Notes: generated from the letters alone by a model not told the origin. A DNA stretch of 64,000 bases from Bacillota bacterium (GCA_023393065.1 JAEWMX010000006.1:54378-118377), one strand, 5' to 3'. Shown: positions 1 to 9,227, counted from the first letter of the stretch. Numbers and translations: made by a program.

Positions 1-205
1 GTCCTGCGGCTATAATTTTGAGAATTGATTTGAACTTTGAATCTTGGGGAGTCGGCTTTAGGTTTCTTAGCAAAGCTAAACCAAGGCCGAGAAGAAGGCC
101 GATGCCTGTCCCGACAACCGCTAAGAGCAAGGTGACGCCGACGCCCTTTAAAAAGAGGTCACCGTATTTACCGAGCAAGTATCCTATTCGATCTGCCGTA
201 GACAT
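1..205 (-). CDS. amino acid ABC transporter permease, N-terminal fragment running off the window edge
   Basis: Minus-strand ATG at 205..203 lies 4 nt after the SBP stop. Reads MSTADRIGYLLGKYGDLFLKGVGVTLLLAVVGTGIGLLLGLGLALLRN, typical of polar amino acid ABC permease N-termini. Not in the ORF track because it is truncated by the window edge. Confidence 0.6.
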   Translation of the reverse strand, partial: MSTADRIGYLLGKYGDLFLKGVGVTLLLAVVGTGIGLLLGLGLALLRNLKPTPQDSKFKSILKIIAAG

Positions 206-209
206 GGCT

Positions 210-1025
210 TTATACTCCGGAACGGCTGATTGCGCCGTCCATCATCGCCTGCCGCATATCTTCGGTCAAAGAAGAAAGCCCATCATTGATAAGTCCGAGC
301 AATTCGCTGTTACCGTCAGCAACGGCGACGGAAACGCTTAACTCGTTTTCATCGATGCCGGTGAAACCCACTTCAAATTCGACGATAGCTAGAGTCGGAT
401 TAGCGTTGACGATTGCTCTCGCCACCGGATACTCGGCGATCATGGCGTCGCTATCACCAGCAATTACAGATAAGGCTGCGGTATTAAAAGTATCGGTGCC
501 CGGTTGGTGGATGACACCGACGATTTGGTCGATGACCGAATCTTGAATCGTACCAAGCTGGGTAACGACTTTATAACCGCTTAAGTCTTGAATCGAGTCG
601 ATGCCGACTAAATCGGAATCGCCGCGGACGACGGCGACGAGATCACTTACATAGTAAGCGCCGCTAAAATCGACGCTGACATCGCGTTCCTCGGTATAAC
701 TCATGCCAGCGATAATGGCGTTGATATCGCCGGTTTGAAGGGCGGGGATGAGCGCGCCCCACTCAATTTTCTTGATGACGACTTCTTTGCCCATCTCCAA
801 AGCGAGATGCTTGGCGATTTGAATGTCGTAGCCATCCGCGTATTGGCCGGCGATGCCATCGATGGGCAGGGAGTAGGCTGATGCCGTGGTCGCCGTCCAG
901 TTAAACGGCGCGTAGTCGCATTCGAGCCCGACAATAAGTTTTTGGTTATCAAAATTATTGCCGACGCAACTTGCGACCAGTAGCGATGATGCGAGTAGAA
1001 CGCTTTGTCCTAGTCTAGTCTTCAT
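210..1025 (-). CDS. amino acid ABC transporter substrate-binding lipoprotein (family 3 SBP)
   Basis: 271 aa. Signal peptide with lipobox LLVASC. SBP_bac_3-like pattern (GIDSIQDLSGYKV, AIIAGMSYTEER). RBS GGAGGG upstream at ~1031-1038 on the minus strand. Confidence 0.85.
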   Translation of the reverse strand: MKTRLGQSVLLASSLLVASCVGNNFDNQKLIVGLECDYAPFNWTATTASAYSLPIDGIAGQYADGYDIQIAKHLALEMGKEVVIKKIEWGALIPALQTGDINAIIAGMSYTEERDVSVDFSGAYYVSDLVAVVRGDSDLVGIDSIQDLSGYKVVTQLGTIQDSVIDQIVGVIHQPGTDTFNTAALSVIAGDSDAMIAEYPVARAIVNANPTLAIVEFEVGFTGIDENELSVSVAVADGNSELLGLINDGLSSLTEDMRQAMMDGAISRSGV

Positions 1026-1052
1026 TTTTATTCCCTCCTTAAGAAATAAAAT

Positions 1053-1076
1053 GCTGCGTCGCTAATGACGCAGCTC
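1053..1076 (-). promoter_or_regulatory. perfect 8-bp stem hairpin (GCTGCGTC-gctaat-GACGCAGC) just upstream of the SBP RBS, followed by a U-rich tract on the minus strand
   Basis: Read directly from the sequence. Could be a leader attenuator or terminator-like element in the 5' UTR of the SBP operon. Confidence 0.3.
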
Positions 1077-1429
1077 TTAAAGAAGAGATTCTGACATCAA
1101 TAGCGCCTCTGCCAGGTAGTTGGCAGGAGTCCATAGAAGTATTCCTTCATAGACCAACCACTCACTCCGCCGAATGAATGTTTCGGCGACTTTGCCTTTC
1201 CTTGCTTTCTTCGAATGCCTTCTCGAGCAAGTACTAATCGCAGTCGCGCCTCTATTAATTGATGGCGTTATATTAACACCGCATTTTTCGAATTAAAAGA
1301 ATTATTTTTATGATGCCGAAAAATATTTTTTTGAATGTGCAAAAACGCTCTTTAGCAAGCACCTTCAATGATTTATTTGTTTGTTTATTTTATACTGACA
1401 TCACAAGTATATTTCAGGAGGAAATAATC

Positions 1430-1987
1430 ATGAATACCATCAATGTCGCCGTCATCGTCGGCAGTTTACGCCAAGAATCTTTTTCAAAGAAAATCGCCCT
1501 AGCTCTTAAAGAGCTGAGTCCACAATCACTCAATCTCGAACTCATCGATATCAGCACCTTGCCCTTATACAATCAAGACCTCGAAGAGCAAGGCACAGAA
1601 CCGGAGACTTGGAAAGCCTTTCGCAAGAAAATAAAAGAATTCGACGCTTTCCTATTTGTCACCCCCGAATATAATCGCTCGATGTCGGCCGTCTTAAAAA
1701 ACGCCATCGATGTCGGCTCCCGCCCATATGGTTCAAGCGTTTGGAATGGCAAACCTGGGGCCGTCGTCAGCGTCTCACCGGGCGCGATTGGCGGTTTTGG
1801 TGCGAATCACCACCTGCGCCAAGTCCTCACTTTCTTAAATGTCGCGACTATGCAACAACCGGAAGCCTATATCGGAAATGTCCACAAATTATTGGATAAA
1901 GATGGCAGAGTCAGCAACGAAGATACCTTGAAGTTCTTGAGCCAATTTGCCAACGCCTTCTTAAAATGGATACAAGCCAACTCCTAA
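1430..1987 (+). CDS. NADPH-dependent FMN reductase family protein
   Basis: ATG at 1430 preceded by CAGGAGG. MNTINVAVIVGSLRQESFSKK and FVTPEYNRSMSAVLKNAIDV are characteristic of the FMN_red family. The ORF-track N-terminal extension from 1310 lacks an RBS. Confidence 0.85.
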   Translation: MNTINVAVIVGSLRQESFSKKIALALKELSPQSLNLELIDISTLPLYNQDLEEQGTEPETWKAFRKKIKEFDAFLFVTPEYNRSMSAVLKNAIDVGSRPYGSSVWNGKPGAVVSVSPGAIGGFGANHHLRQVLTFLNVATMQQPEAYIGNVHKLLDKDGRVSNEDTLKFLSQFANAFLKWIQANS

Positions 1988-2022
1988 GCAATAAAATATT
2001 ATTTTATTAATTCACCCAACTA

Positions 2023-2075
2023 GTCTTGTCGCTATTCACATCAAATTAAAATAGATGACAAGACTTTTGTTATAT
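2023..2075 (+). terminator. intrinsic terminator-like hairpin after the FMN reductase gene
   Basis: AGTCTTGTC ... GACAAGACT (9-bp perfect arms with a long loop) followed by TTTTGTT. Confidence 0.45.
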
Positions 2076-2113
2076 ATTAAGATAACGAGACCAAATGTTA
2101 TAAAGGAGAAAAA

Positions 2114-2989
2114 ATGAAACAGTATATACTGGCAACCGACGCTTGTTCCGATCTGCCTTTGGATGTCGTTAAACAGCATGACATCGCCATCGTCCCGATG
2201 CTTTTAGAGATCGAAGGCAAAAACTACAGCCACAACCTCGAAGAAAAACACTTAAAATTAAAAGATTTTTATGATCAGCTACGCGACAAAAAGGTTTCGC
2301 GTACCTCGCTTGTCAATGTCGGCGAATTCGTTCAATTTTTCACCGAACTGCTCAAACAAGGCAAAGACATTCTTTATATCGCCCTCTCATCGGCCCTCAG
2401 CGGAACCTACCAATCGGCGATGATGGCTATCGACATGCTCAAAGACGATTATCCCAATCAGCGCATTGTGGCCGTCGACACCCTCAGCGCCTCTTTGGGT
2501 GAAGGCTATCTCGTGTGGCGGGCCGCCCTTTTAAAAAAGGAAGGCAAACCACTAAACGAAGTCGTCGAATGGCTCGAGGCTAATAAATATCACCTGCGTC
2601 ATCTTTTTACCGTCGAAGAACTGGGTACTTTAAAGCGCGGTGGTCGCTTGAGCGGAACCGCGGCGTTCTTCGGCACTTTATTAGGCGTCAAGCCGATTCT
2701 CCACGTCACTCGCGAAGGCAAGCTCGATGTTCTTAAAAAGTCCGTAGGACGCAAAAAATCGCTGACCGAGATGATCGAAGTTATGAAAGATCAAATCGTT
2801 GTTCCTCAGGAGCAGACAATTTTCATCGCTCATGGCGATTGCCTCGAAGAAGCCAAAGAAGTCGGCGGCTTAATTAATGCCAGTATGAAAGTCAAAGATT
2901 TGTTTTATAGTTATATCGGCCCCGTCATCGGTTCGCACTCTGGTCCCGGAACGATTGCCGTCTTCTTCATGGGCAAAGAACGCGAATAG
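2114..2989 (+). CDS. DegV family fatty-acid-binding protein
   Basis: 291 aa. N-terminal MKQYILATDACSDLP...IAIVPM and overall length typical of DegV/DUF194. RBS AAAGGAG upstream. Confidence 0.85.
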   Translation: MKQYILATDACSDLPLDVVKQHDIAIVPMLLEIEGKNYSHNLEEKHLKLKDFYDQLRDKKVSRTSLVNVGEFVQFFTELLKQGKDILYIALSSALSGTYQSAMMAIDMLKDDYPNQRIVAVDTLSASLGEGYLVWRAALLKKEGKPLNEVVEWLEANKYHLRHLFTVEELGTLKRGGRLSGTAAFFGTLLGVKPILHVTREGKLDVLKKSVGRKKSLTEMIEVMKDQIVVPQEQTIFIAHGDCLEEAKEVGGLINASMKVKDLFYSYIGPVIGSHSGPGTIAVFFMGKERE

Positions 2990-3051
2990 CGAACGATACA
3001 TTAATTAGGTATTTCTCGATTCTTTTGAATCGAAACCTTTTCCTTTGCCGC

Positions 3052-3080
3052 TTGATAAGTAAGCGCTTTCAGTATAATAT
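3052..3080 (+). promoter_or_regulatory. sigma-A-like promoter TTGATA-17-TAATAT upstream of gdhA
   Basis: Hexamer match and spacing read from the sequence. Implies a ~100-nt 5' UTR. Confidence 0.4.
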
Positions 3081-3183
3081 ATTATGAGGTAATTTATAAT
3101 TACCAAGTCGCTTGACACTATTAATCGTGCGTTCTGGAAGGCGCGAATGTCCTCCCATGACAAACGGCAGGAGGAAACCACAA

Positions 3184-4530
3184 GTGTATCAGAGCAGTTA
3201 TCTCAACAAACTATTCGAAGATGTCAAAAAGAAATATTCCTCGGAACCTGAGTTTATCTCGGCGGTTGAGGAATTTTTTGATTCGATGGACTATTTGGTC
3301 GACGATGAACCAAACATCGAAAAATACGCTATTCTCGAACGCATTCTAATTCCCGAAAGAGTTATCTCATTTCGCGTAGCTTGGGTTGACGACAAAGGCA
3401 AAGTCCAAGTCAACAAGGGCTGGCGCGTCCAGTTCAATTCAGCGATTGGTCCATATAAAGGCGGTATTCGCTTTGACGGCTCCGTCAATCTTTCCATTCT
3501 TAAATTCTTGGCTTTTGAACAAACCTTCAAAAACAGTTTAACCGGCCTTCCCTTAGGTGGCGGAAAAGGCGGTGCGGACTTCTCGCCCCGCGGCCGTTCC
3601 GATGAAGAGATCATGAGATTCTGCCAAGCCTATGTCTCCGAATTATTCCGCCACATCGGCCCTGATACCGACGTTCCCGCCGGTGATTTCGGTGTCGGCG
3701 CTCGCGAGATTGGCTATATGTATGGCATGTATAAGAAGCTTTCCAACGATTTTGTCGGTACCTTTACCGGCAAAGGCATTTCTTACGGTGGCTCGCTCGG
3801 CCGCAAGGAAGCGACCGGCTACGGTCTTTTATACTTCGTCGCCGAAATGCTTAAAACTTTCCATAACGACACCTTGAAAGGTAAGCGCGTCATCGTCTCC
3901 GGCTCCGGCAAGGTCGGAAAGCACGCCGCCGTCAAAGCTCATGCTCTCGGAGCGAAAGTCGTCGCCATGTCCGACATCAACGGCTTCGTCTATGACGAAA
4001 ACGGGCTTGATGTGCCATTAATTGATAAATTATCCGAACCCAAAGGCGAGTATTCTCTCGAATACATGAAATCTTATCCAAACGCTAAATTTGTCCCGAC
4101 TCCGAAATTGATGTGGGGCATGCCTTGCGATATCGCCCTTCCGTGCGCGACACAAAATGAAATTGATTTGGAAGATGCAAAAAAGTTAAAAGCCAATGGC
4201 TGTTATATGCTCGTCGAAGGCGCGAATATGCCGACATCGGTCGAAGCCATTCGCTACTGCAACGATAACGACATTCTCTTTGCTCCTGGCAAAGCCAGCA
4301 ACGCCGGCGGTGTCGCCGTCTCCGGCTTAGAAATGAGTCAGAACGCCATGCACTTGTCTTGGACTTATGAAGAAGTCGATCAAAAACTCGAACAAATCAT
4401 GAAGAACATCTTCCGCAAATGTCACGAGACCGCGACCAAATACGGTCAGCCAAAGAACTTGGCGCTCGGTGCCAACATCGCCGGCTTTATCAAAGTTTAC
4501 GACGCGATGCTTCAAGAGGGCGTCATTTAA
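3184..4530 (+). CDS. gdhA: NADP-specific glutamate dehydrogenase
   Basis: GGGKGG nucleotide/substrate motif (LGGGKGGADFSPRGRSDEEI) and conserved GdhA N-terminus (EPEFISAVEEFF). Likely GTG start at 3184, 9 nt after GGAGGA; the in-frame ATG at 3157 has no RBS. Confidence 0.88.
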   Translation: MYQSSYLNKLFEDVKKKYSSEPEFISAVEEFFDSMDYLVDDEPNIEKYAILERILIPERVISFRVAWVDDKGKVQVNKGWRVQFNSAIGPYKGGIRFDGSVNLSILKFLAFEQTFKNSLTGLPLGGGKGGADFSPRGRSDEEIMRFCQAYVSELFRHIGPDTDVPAGDFGVGAREIGYMYGMYKKLSNDFVGTFTGKGISYGGSLGRKEATGYGLLYFVAEMLKTFHNDTLKGKRVIVSGSGKVGKHAAVKAHALGAKVVAMSDINGFVYDENGLDVPLIDKLSEPKGEYSLEYMKSYPNAKFVPTPKLMWGMPCDIALPCATQNEIDLEDAKKLKANGCYMLVEGANMPTSVEAIRYCNDNDILFAPGKASNAGGVAVSGLEMSQNAMHLSWTYEEVDQKLEQIMKNIFRKCHETATKYGQPKNLALGANIAGFIKVYDAMLQEGVI

Positions 4531-4532
4531 TA

Positions 4533-5753
4533 ATGAAAATCGTCAATCCGATTCGCGCTCCTCACATTTTGCTTCCGAAAGCCGGCGTTGATATGAACGC
4601 CTTTGCGGTTATCGCATGCGATCAATTCACTAGCCAGCGCGATTATTGGGATGGTTTAAAGAAGACGATTGGCAGCAAGCCATCGACTTTTCACATGATC
4701 TTTCCCGAAGCCTATTTGAACTCGGTCGACGAAAAAGAATATATCAAGAGTATCAATCAAAATATCGATCGCTATCTCAAGGAAGAGATTCTCAAAGATA
4801 TCGGGGCTTGCTTCGTTCTTGTCGAACGGGAAACGCCACACACCAAGCGGAGGCTCGGACTCGTCATCGCAATCGATGTCGAAGCCTATTCTTACAAGAA
4901 AGGCGCCAAAGCTTTGATTCGGGCGACGGAAGCCACCATCGTCGAGCGCATCCCGCCTCGTTTAAAAATCCGCGAGAATGCCCCCGTCGAATTAACTCAC
5001 ACGCTCTTTTTGTTTGATGATCCCAAGAAGTCAATTATTGAGAAATTGTATGAAAAACGTGCAGAAATGCCATTATTGTACGATTTTGACCTCAATCAAA
5101 ACGGAGGTCATCTGCGGGGATATCAAGTCAAAGACACGCAAATAGTTATCGATGCCTTTGCTAAACTCACCGAAGAAAACGGCAAAGGATTGATGTTTGT
5201 GGTCGGCGATGGAAACCACTCCTTAGCAACCGCGAAAGCCCATTGGGATCGCATCAAAAACAATCTATCAATAGAAGAAAGAAAAACACATCTAGCGCGC
5301 TTTGCTCTCGTGGAAGCGATCAATCTTTACGACGAAGGATTGGAATTTGAGCCGATTCACCGCGTCGTTTTTGAAGTAAAATCCGACTTTGTCCCCGGCC
5401 TAAGAAAAGTGGTAGAAGGAACTCGCGAAGTCCATGTCTACTGCAAGCCCAAGGGACAGGCGCCTTTATTTATTCCAGAAAATACCCCCCTCGCTTATCG
5501 CCTCATTCAAGACTATATCGATGACTATGTTAAAAAGAATCCCGGTTCATCGGTCGATTATATTCACGATGTCGCTCACGCTCACGAGGTGGCGGACAAG
5601 CACCCGACTTCGGTCGCCGTAGCGATGCCGGCCCTCAGTAAGAGCGATCTGTTCGCTTTTATCGCAAACGGCGATGTCTTGCCCCGCAAAACATTTTCGA
5701 TGGGGCACGCTGTTGAGAAGCGTTATTATCTCGAATGCAAGAGAATCAAATAG
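4533..5753 (+). CDS. DUF1015 family protein
   Basis: ATG at 4533 is 2 nt after the gdhA stop. ~406 aa. This family is typically found next to serC/serA. The N-terminal 38 aa in the ORF track overlap gdhA and are not coding. Confidence 0.75.
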   Translation: MKIVNPIRAPHILLPKAGVDMNAFAVIACDQFTSQRDYWDGLKKTIGSKPSTFHMIFPEAYLNSVDEKEYIKSINQNIDRYLKEEILKDIGACFVLVERETPHTKRRLGLVIAIDVEAYSYKKGAKALIRATEATIVERIPPRLKIRENAPVELTHTLFLFDDPKKSIIEKLYEKRAEMPLLYDFDLNQNGGHLRGYQVKDTQIVIDAFAKLTEENGKGLMFVVGDGNHSLATAKAHWDRIKNNLSIEERKTHLARFALVEAINLYDEGLEFEPIHRVVFEVKSDFVPGLRKVVEGTREVHVYCKPKGQAPLFIPENTPLAYRLIQDYIDDYVKKNPGSSVDYIHDVAHAHEVADKHPTSVAVAMPALSKSDLFAFIANGDVLPRKTFSMGHAVEKRYYLECKRIK

Positions 5754-5772
5754 ATAACGGAAGGAGAAACAT

Positions 5773-6858
5773 ATGAAACGTATCTACAACTTTTCTGCCG
5801 GACCTGCCGTCCTGCCCGAGGAGGTCTTGAAACAAGCCGCCGACGAAATGCTCGATTACAAAGGTTCGGGAATGTCGGTCATGGAAATGTCGCACCGCTC
5901 GAAAACCTATCAGACAATCATCGACGAGGCCGAAGCTGACTTGAGGAAAATCCTCAACATCCCTACCAACTACAAAGTGTTATTCGTCCAAGGTGGAGGC
6001 ACCATCCAATTTGCCATGGTTCCGATGAACCTATCAAAGAATAGAGTGTATGACTTCATCATGACTGGCCACTGGTCCAAAGCCGCCAAAAAAGAAGCGG
6101 AAATCTTTGGCAAGGTCAATGTCATCGCCTCTTCAGAAGACAAGAACTTCTCCTATATTCCAAATCTTGACAATGTTAAAGCCTCGCCTGATTCAGACTT
6201 TGTCTGCATGTGCGATAACAACACGATTTTCGGCACCAAATACAAAAAGTATCCTGAATTCCCCGGTAAAATTTTAGTTAACGATGCCTCCTCTTCGTTC
6301 CTCAGCGAACCGATGGATGTCACAAAGTTCGGCCTCATCTATGCCGGCGCGCAGAAAAATGTTGGACCAGCTGGCGTCGTCATCGTCATCATTCGTGAAG
6401 ACTTGCTCGAAAACGAGCCTCTCCCTGGCACGCCGACTTTATTAAAATACAAAGTGCTCGCCGACAATGGTTCGATGTATAATACCCCACCGACATACGG
6501 CATCTACATCTGCGGTCTCGTCTTTAAATGGATTCTCGCGCACGGCGGACTCGAAGCCATGAAAGAGAGAAACGAAAAGAAAGCCGCGATAATTTATGAT
6601 TACCTCGATAGCAGCAAAATTTTCAAAGGCACTGTCGATAAAGGTTCCCGTTCATTAATGAACGTCTGCTTTAGAACTGATAGCGAAGAGCTGAATGAAG
6701 CCTTCTTGGAAGGGGCTAAAAAAGCCGGCTTTGCTAACCTTAAAGGCCATCGTTCCGTCGGCGGAATGAGAGCTTCAATTTATAATGCTATGCCGCTCGC
6801 GGGCGTTGAGGCCCTAGTTAAATACATGCGTGAATTCGAAGCCGAGCATGTGAAATAG
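5773..6858 (+). CDS. serC: phosphoserine aminotransferase
   Basis: MKRIYNFSAGPAVLPEEVL N-terminus and 361 aa length typical of SerC. RBS GGAAGGAG upstream. Confidence 0.9.
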   Translation: MKRIYNFSAGPAVLPEEVLKQAADEMLDYKGSGMSVMEMSHRSKTYQTIIDEAEADLRKILNIPTNYKVLFVQGGGTIQFAMVPMNLSKNRVYDFIMTGHWSKAAKKEAEIFGKVNVIASSEDKNFSYIPNLDNVKASPDSDFVCMCDNNTIFGTKYKKYPEFPGKILVNDASSSFLSEPMDVTKFGLIYAGAQKNVGPAGVVIVIIREDLLENEPLPGTPTLLKYKVLADNGSMYNTPPTYGIYICGLVFKWILAHGGLEAMKERNEKKAAIIYDYLDSSKIFKGTVDKGSRSLMNVCFRTDSEELNEAFLEGAKKAGFANLKGHRSVGGMRASIYNAMPLAGVEALVKYMREFEAEHVK

Positions 6859-6866
6859 GTCGCACC

Positions 6867-8048
6867 ATGAGAAAAATACTTTGCTTAAATAAGATATCTC
6901 CGGTCGGATTAAAAACCTTACCAATAGACTATGAAGTAACGGCTGATATAAATGAGGCCGACGCTATCTTAGTCCGCTCTGCCGTCATGCACGAAATGGT
7001 TTTACCAGACAATGTCATGGCCGTCGCCAGAGCCGGAGCCGGCGTCAACAACATACCTCTTGATGTCTATGCGAAAGCCGGTGTCGTCGTCTTCAACACC
7101 CCTGGGGCCAACGCCAACGCTGTCAAAGAATTGACAATTGCCGGCATGCTTCTCGCCGCTCGCGATATTCACGGCGGAATGAAGTGGGTGGAAGCCAACA
7201 AACAGGATGCTGAAATCAATAAGAATATGGAAAAGGCTAAAGCCGCTTTTGCCGGAACTGAAATTCTCGGTAAAACGCTCGGTATTTTCGGATTAGGCGC
7301 AGTTGGTACTTTAGTCGCTCAAGGAGCATCGGGCATGGGCATGGATGTTGTCGCCTATGAGCCATCGCAAGCGACGATCGATCGCAATCGCGACCTGTTT
7401 CCCAAAGGGCTTCGCCTCCTGGCCAGTGCCGACGAATTATACGCCGCTGCCGATTATATTAGCCTCAATGTTCCGCTTCTACCAGCCACCAAAGGCATGA
7501 TCAATCGCGAAAGCATCGCTAAGATGAAAGATGGAGTGGTCATCGTTAATCTCGCCCGCGATGCCATCGTCAATGATGACGATATTCGCGAGGCACTAAA
7601 AGCCGGAAAAGTCCGTCGCTATGTTACCGATTTCCCAAACTATGCAACGGCGAATATGGAAGGCGTTATCGCCATCCCCCATTTAGGCGCATCGACCGAA
7701 GAAGCCGAAGATAACTGCGCGACGATGGCGATTAAGCAACTCGTCGACTTTATCGAAAATGGCAATATCGTCAATTCCGTCAACTTTCCAAACATCGAAT
7801 TAGGCCCGAAAACCGAAGCTCATCGCCTCGTTGTTTTGCACGATGCCACCGAGGGTCTATCAAGCCAAATCATCAAGACTGTCGGAACCCGCGGCGTCGT
7901 TAAGCAATTTGCGAGTAAAGTCAAGGGTTCCTTTGGCGTCACGATCGTCGATTTTGTCAAAGCGGAAGGCGAATGCGGACAAGGTGGTTGCCTCGGCGAC
8001 AAGCTTGCCGAACTTGCGGGCGTCATCGGTCTCAACGTCATTCACTAA
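6867..8048 (+). CDS. serA: D-3-phosphoglycerate dehydrogenase (2-hydroxyacid dehydrogenase family)
   Basis: 393 aa. NAD-binding GxGxxG (GIFGLGAVG). Context immediately after serC. Confidence 0.8.
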   Translation: MRKILCLNKISPVGLKTLPIDYEVTADINEADAILVRSAVMHEMVLPDNVMAVARAGAGVNNIPLDVYAKAGVVVFNTPGANANAVKELTIAGMLLAARDIHGGMKWVEANKQDAEINKNMEKAKAAFAGTEILGKTLGIFGLGAVGTLVAQGASGMGMDVVAYEPSQATIDRNRDLFPKGLRLLASADELYAAADYISLNVPLLPATKGMINRESIAKMKDGVVIVNLARDAIVNDDDIREALKAGKVRRYVTDFPNYATANMEGVIAIPHLGASTEEAEDNCATMAIKQLVDFIENGNIVNSVNFPNIELGPKTEAHRLVVLHDATEGLSSQIIKTVGTRGVVKQFASKVKGSFGVTIVDFVKAEGECGQGGCLGDKLAELAGVIGLNVIH

Positions 8049-8055
8049 ACAAAAT

Positions 8056-8105
8056 AAAAACACCGCAAAATCTGCATAAAACCAGCAATTACGGTGTTTT
8101 TTTGT
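8056..8105. terminator. bidirectional intrinsic terminator between convergent serA and arcC
   Basis: 10-bp perfect stem AAAAACACCG/CGGTGTTTTT flanked by an A-run and a T-run. Confidence 0.6.
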
Positions 8106-8115
8106 TATCAATTAG

Positions 8116-9036
8116 CTAAGATTTGATGATTGTGCCCGTTTTTTCCAAGAATGCTTCTTTGGCTTTTTCAAGGGAACTGATGATTGCTGTTTTACCCTTT
8201 TTGGCTTTTAAAAACATGAGACAGGCTTGGACTTTTGGATACATGCTGCCTTTTGCAAAATAGCCTTCATCGGAGTATTTTTCAATTTCCGTCATCGAGG
8301 TGACTTCAAGGCGTTTTTCACCAGGTTTTTTATAGTTGATGTAGGCGTTATCGACGGCTGTGAGAATGACTAAGTAATCGGCATCGACCAAGGCCGCAAC
8401 TTTGGCGCTGGCGTAATCTTTGTCGATGACGGCCGCAATTCCTTCGAGACGATTATTTTTAACGATGACGGGAATTCCGCCTCCCCCGGCACAGATGACG
8501 ACATGCTGGTCTTTGATTAGAGAGAGAATCATCTCTTTTTCGACGACATCGACAGGAATGGGCGAGGCGACGACGCGGCGATATCCGCGACCGCTGTCCT
8601 CTTTCATGACATAGCCTTTTTCCGCGGCGATGATTTCCGCTTCTTCTTTACTATAAAATGCCCCGACCGGTTTGGTTGGATTTTGAAAGAGTGGATCATG
8701 CTCGTCGACGACCACTTGAGTGACGATCGTGGCAACGTGTTTTTGAATGTTTTGCTTTGCAAGTTCATTGTTAATGGCATTTTGCAGATGGAATCCGATA
8801 TATCCTTGGCTCATCGCTCCGCATTCAGGGAAAGGCATATCGGGAGTGGATCTTGATTCGGCAAAGGCTAAATTGATCATTCCGACTTGCGGACCATTTC
8901 CGTGGACGATGACAACTTCGTGTCCGGCTTTGATTAAAGCGACGATTGGCTCAGCGACATTGACTAGTAATTTCTTCTGTTCTTCGGCATTGTTTCCGAG
9001 GGCATTTCCCCCCAGCGAGACGACGTATCTGCTCAT
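8116..9036 (-). CDS. arcC: carbamate kinase
   Basis: 306 aa. MSRYVVSLGGNALG N-terminus and amino acid kinase fold motifs. Counterpart of yqeA in the E. coli ygeW neighbourhood. Confidence 0.9.
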   Translation of the reverse strand: MSRYVVSLGGNALGNNAEEQKKLLVNVAEPIVALIKAGHEVVIVHGNGPQVGMINLAFAESRSTPDMPFPECGAMSQGYIGFHLQNAINNELAKQNIQKHVATIVTQVVVDEHDPLFQNPTKPVGAFYSKEEAEIIAAEKGYVMKEDSGRGYRRVVASPIPVDVVEKEMILSLIKDQHVVICAGGGGIPVIVKNNRLEGIAAVIDKDYASAKVAALVDADYLVILTAVDNAYINYKKPGEKRLEVTSMTEIEKYSDEGYFAKGSMYPKVQACLMFLKAKKGKTAIISSLEKAKEAFLEKTGTIIKS

Positions 9037-9077
9037 GTTATTTTTCCTCTATACGCTCAAAATTGCGCAACTTAAAT

Positions 9078-9106
9078 ATTATACAACCCCCATGAATTAT
9101 CAACAA
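9078..9106 (-). promoter_or_regulatory. putative arcC promoter (minus strand TTGTTG-17-TATAAT)
   Basis: Hexamers read on the minus strand ~45 nt upstream of the arcC start codon. Confidence 0.35.
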
Positions 9107-9120
9107 TGATTTACCTTAAT

Positions 9121-9136
9121 GTGCAATTTATTGCAC
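9121..9136. promoter_or_regulatory. perfect inverted repeat GTGCAAT-TT-ATTGCAC in the arcC / mocA-xdh divergent region
   Basis: 16-bp palindrome centred ~60 bp upstream of the predicted arcC promoter -10. Loosely resembles Crp/Fnr (TGTGA-N6-TCACA) or Rex (TTGTGAA-N4-TTCACAA) half-sites. Confidence 0.35.
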
Positions 9137-9198
9137 GGAAAGTGTCATCTCGGGCTCGCTGGTGAGCAAGCGACTGCTCGCCGAGCGCAAATACGCGT

Positions 9199-9227
9199 TT
9201 GCATTGAAAGTCCCCAACATTTATAAT
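9199..9227 (+). promoter_or_regulatory. sigma-A-like promoter TTGCAT-17-TATAAT for the mocA-xdh operon
   Basis: Hexamers and 17-nt spacer read from the sequence. Leaves a ~85-nt leader. Confidence 0.4.

Noticed and set aside
18-341. 107-aa + strand ORF at the left edge.
   Set aside because: It lies entirely antisense to the well-supported SBP gene and permease start, has no RBS, and has Arg/Pro-rich low-complexity composition typical of a spurious antisense ORF.
1310-1429. N-terminal extension of the FMN reductase ORF from ATG 1310.
   Set aside because: No RBS at 1310. The extension is AT-rich and non-conserved-looking, while ATG 1430 has a perfect CAGGAGG RBS and begins the conserved MNTINVAVIVGS motif.
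3112-3183. Upstream in-frame starts (3112, 3157) for gdhA.
   Set aside because: Neither has an RBS. GTG 3184 is 9 nt after GGAGGA and begins at the conserved GdhA N-terminus.
4419-4532. 38-aa N-terminal extension of the DUF1015 ORF overlapping the gdhA 3' end.
   Set aside because: It overlaps gdhA in another frame with a highly basic Arg-rich composition. ATG 4533 directly follows the gdhA stop.
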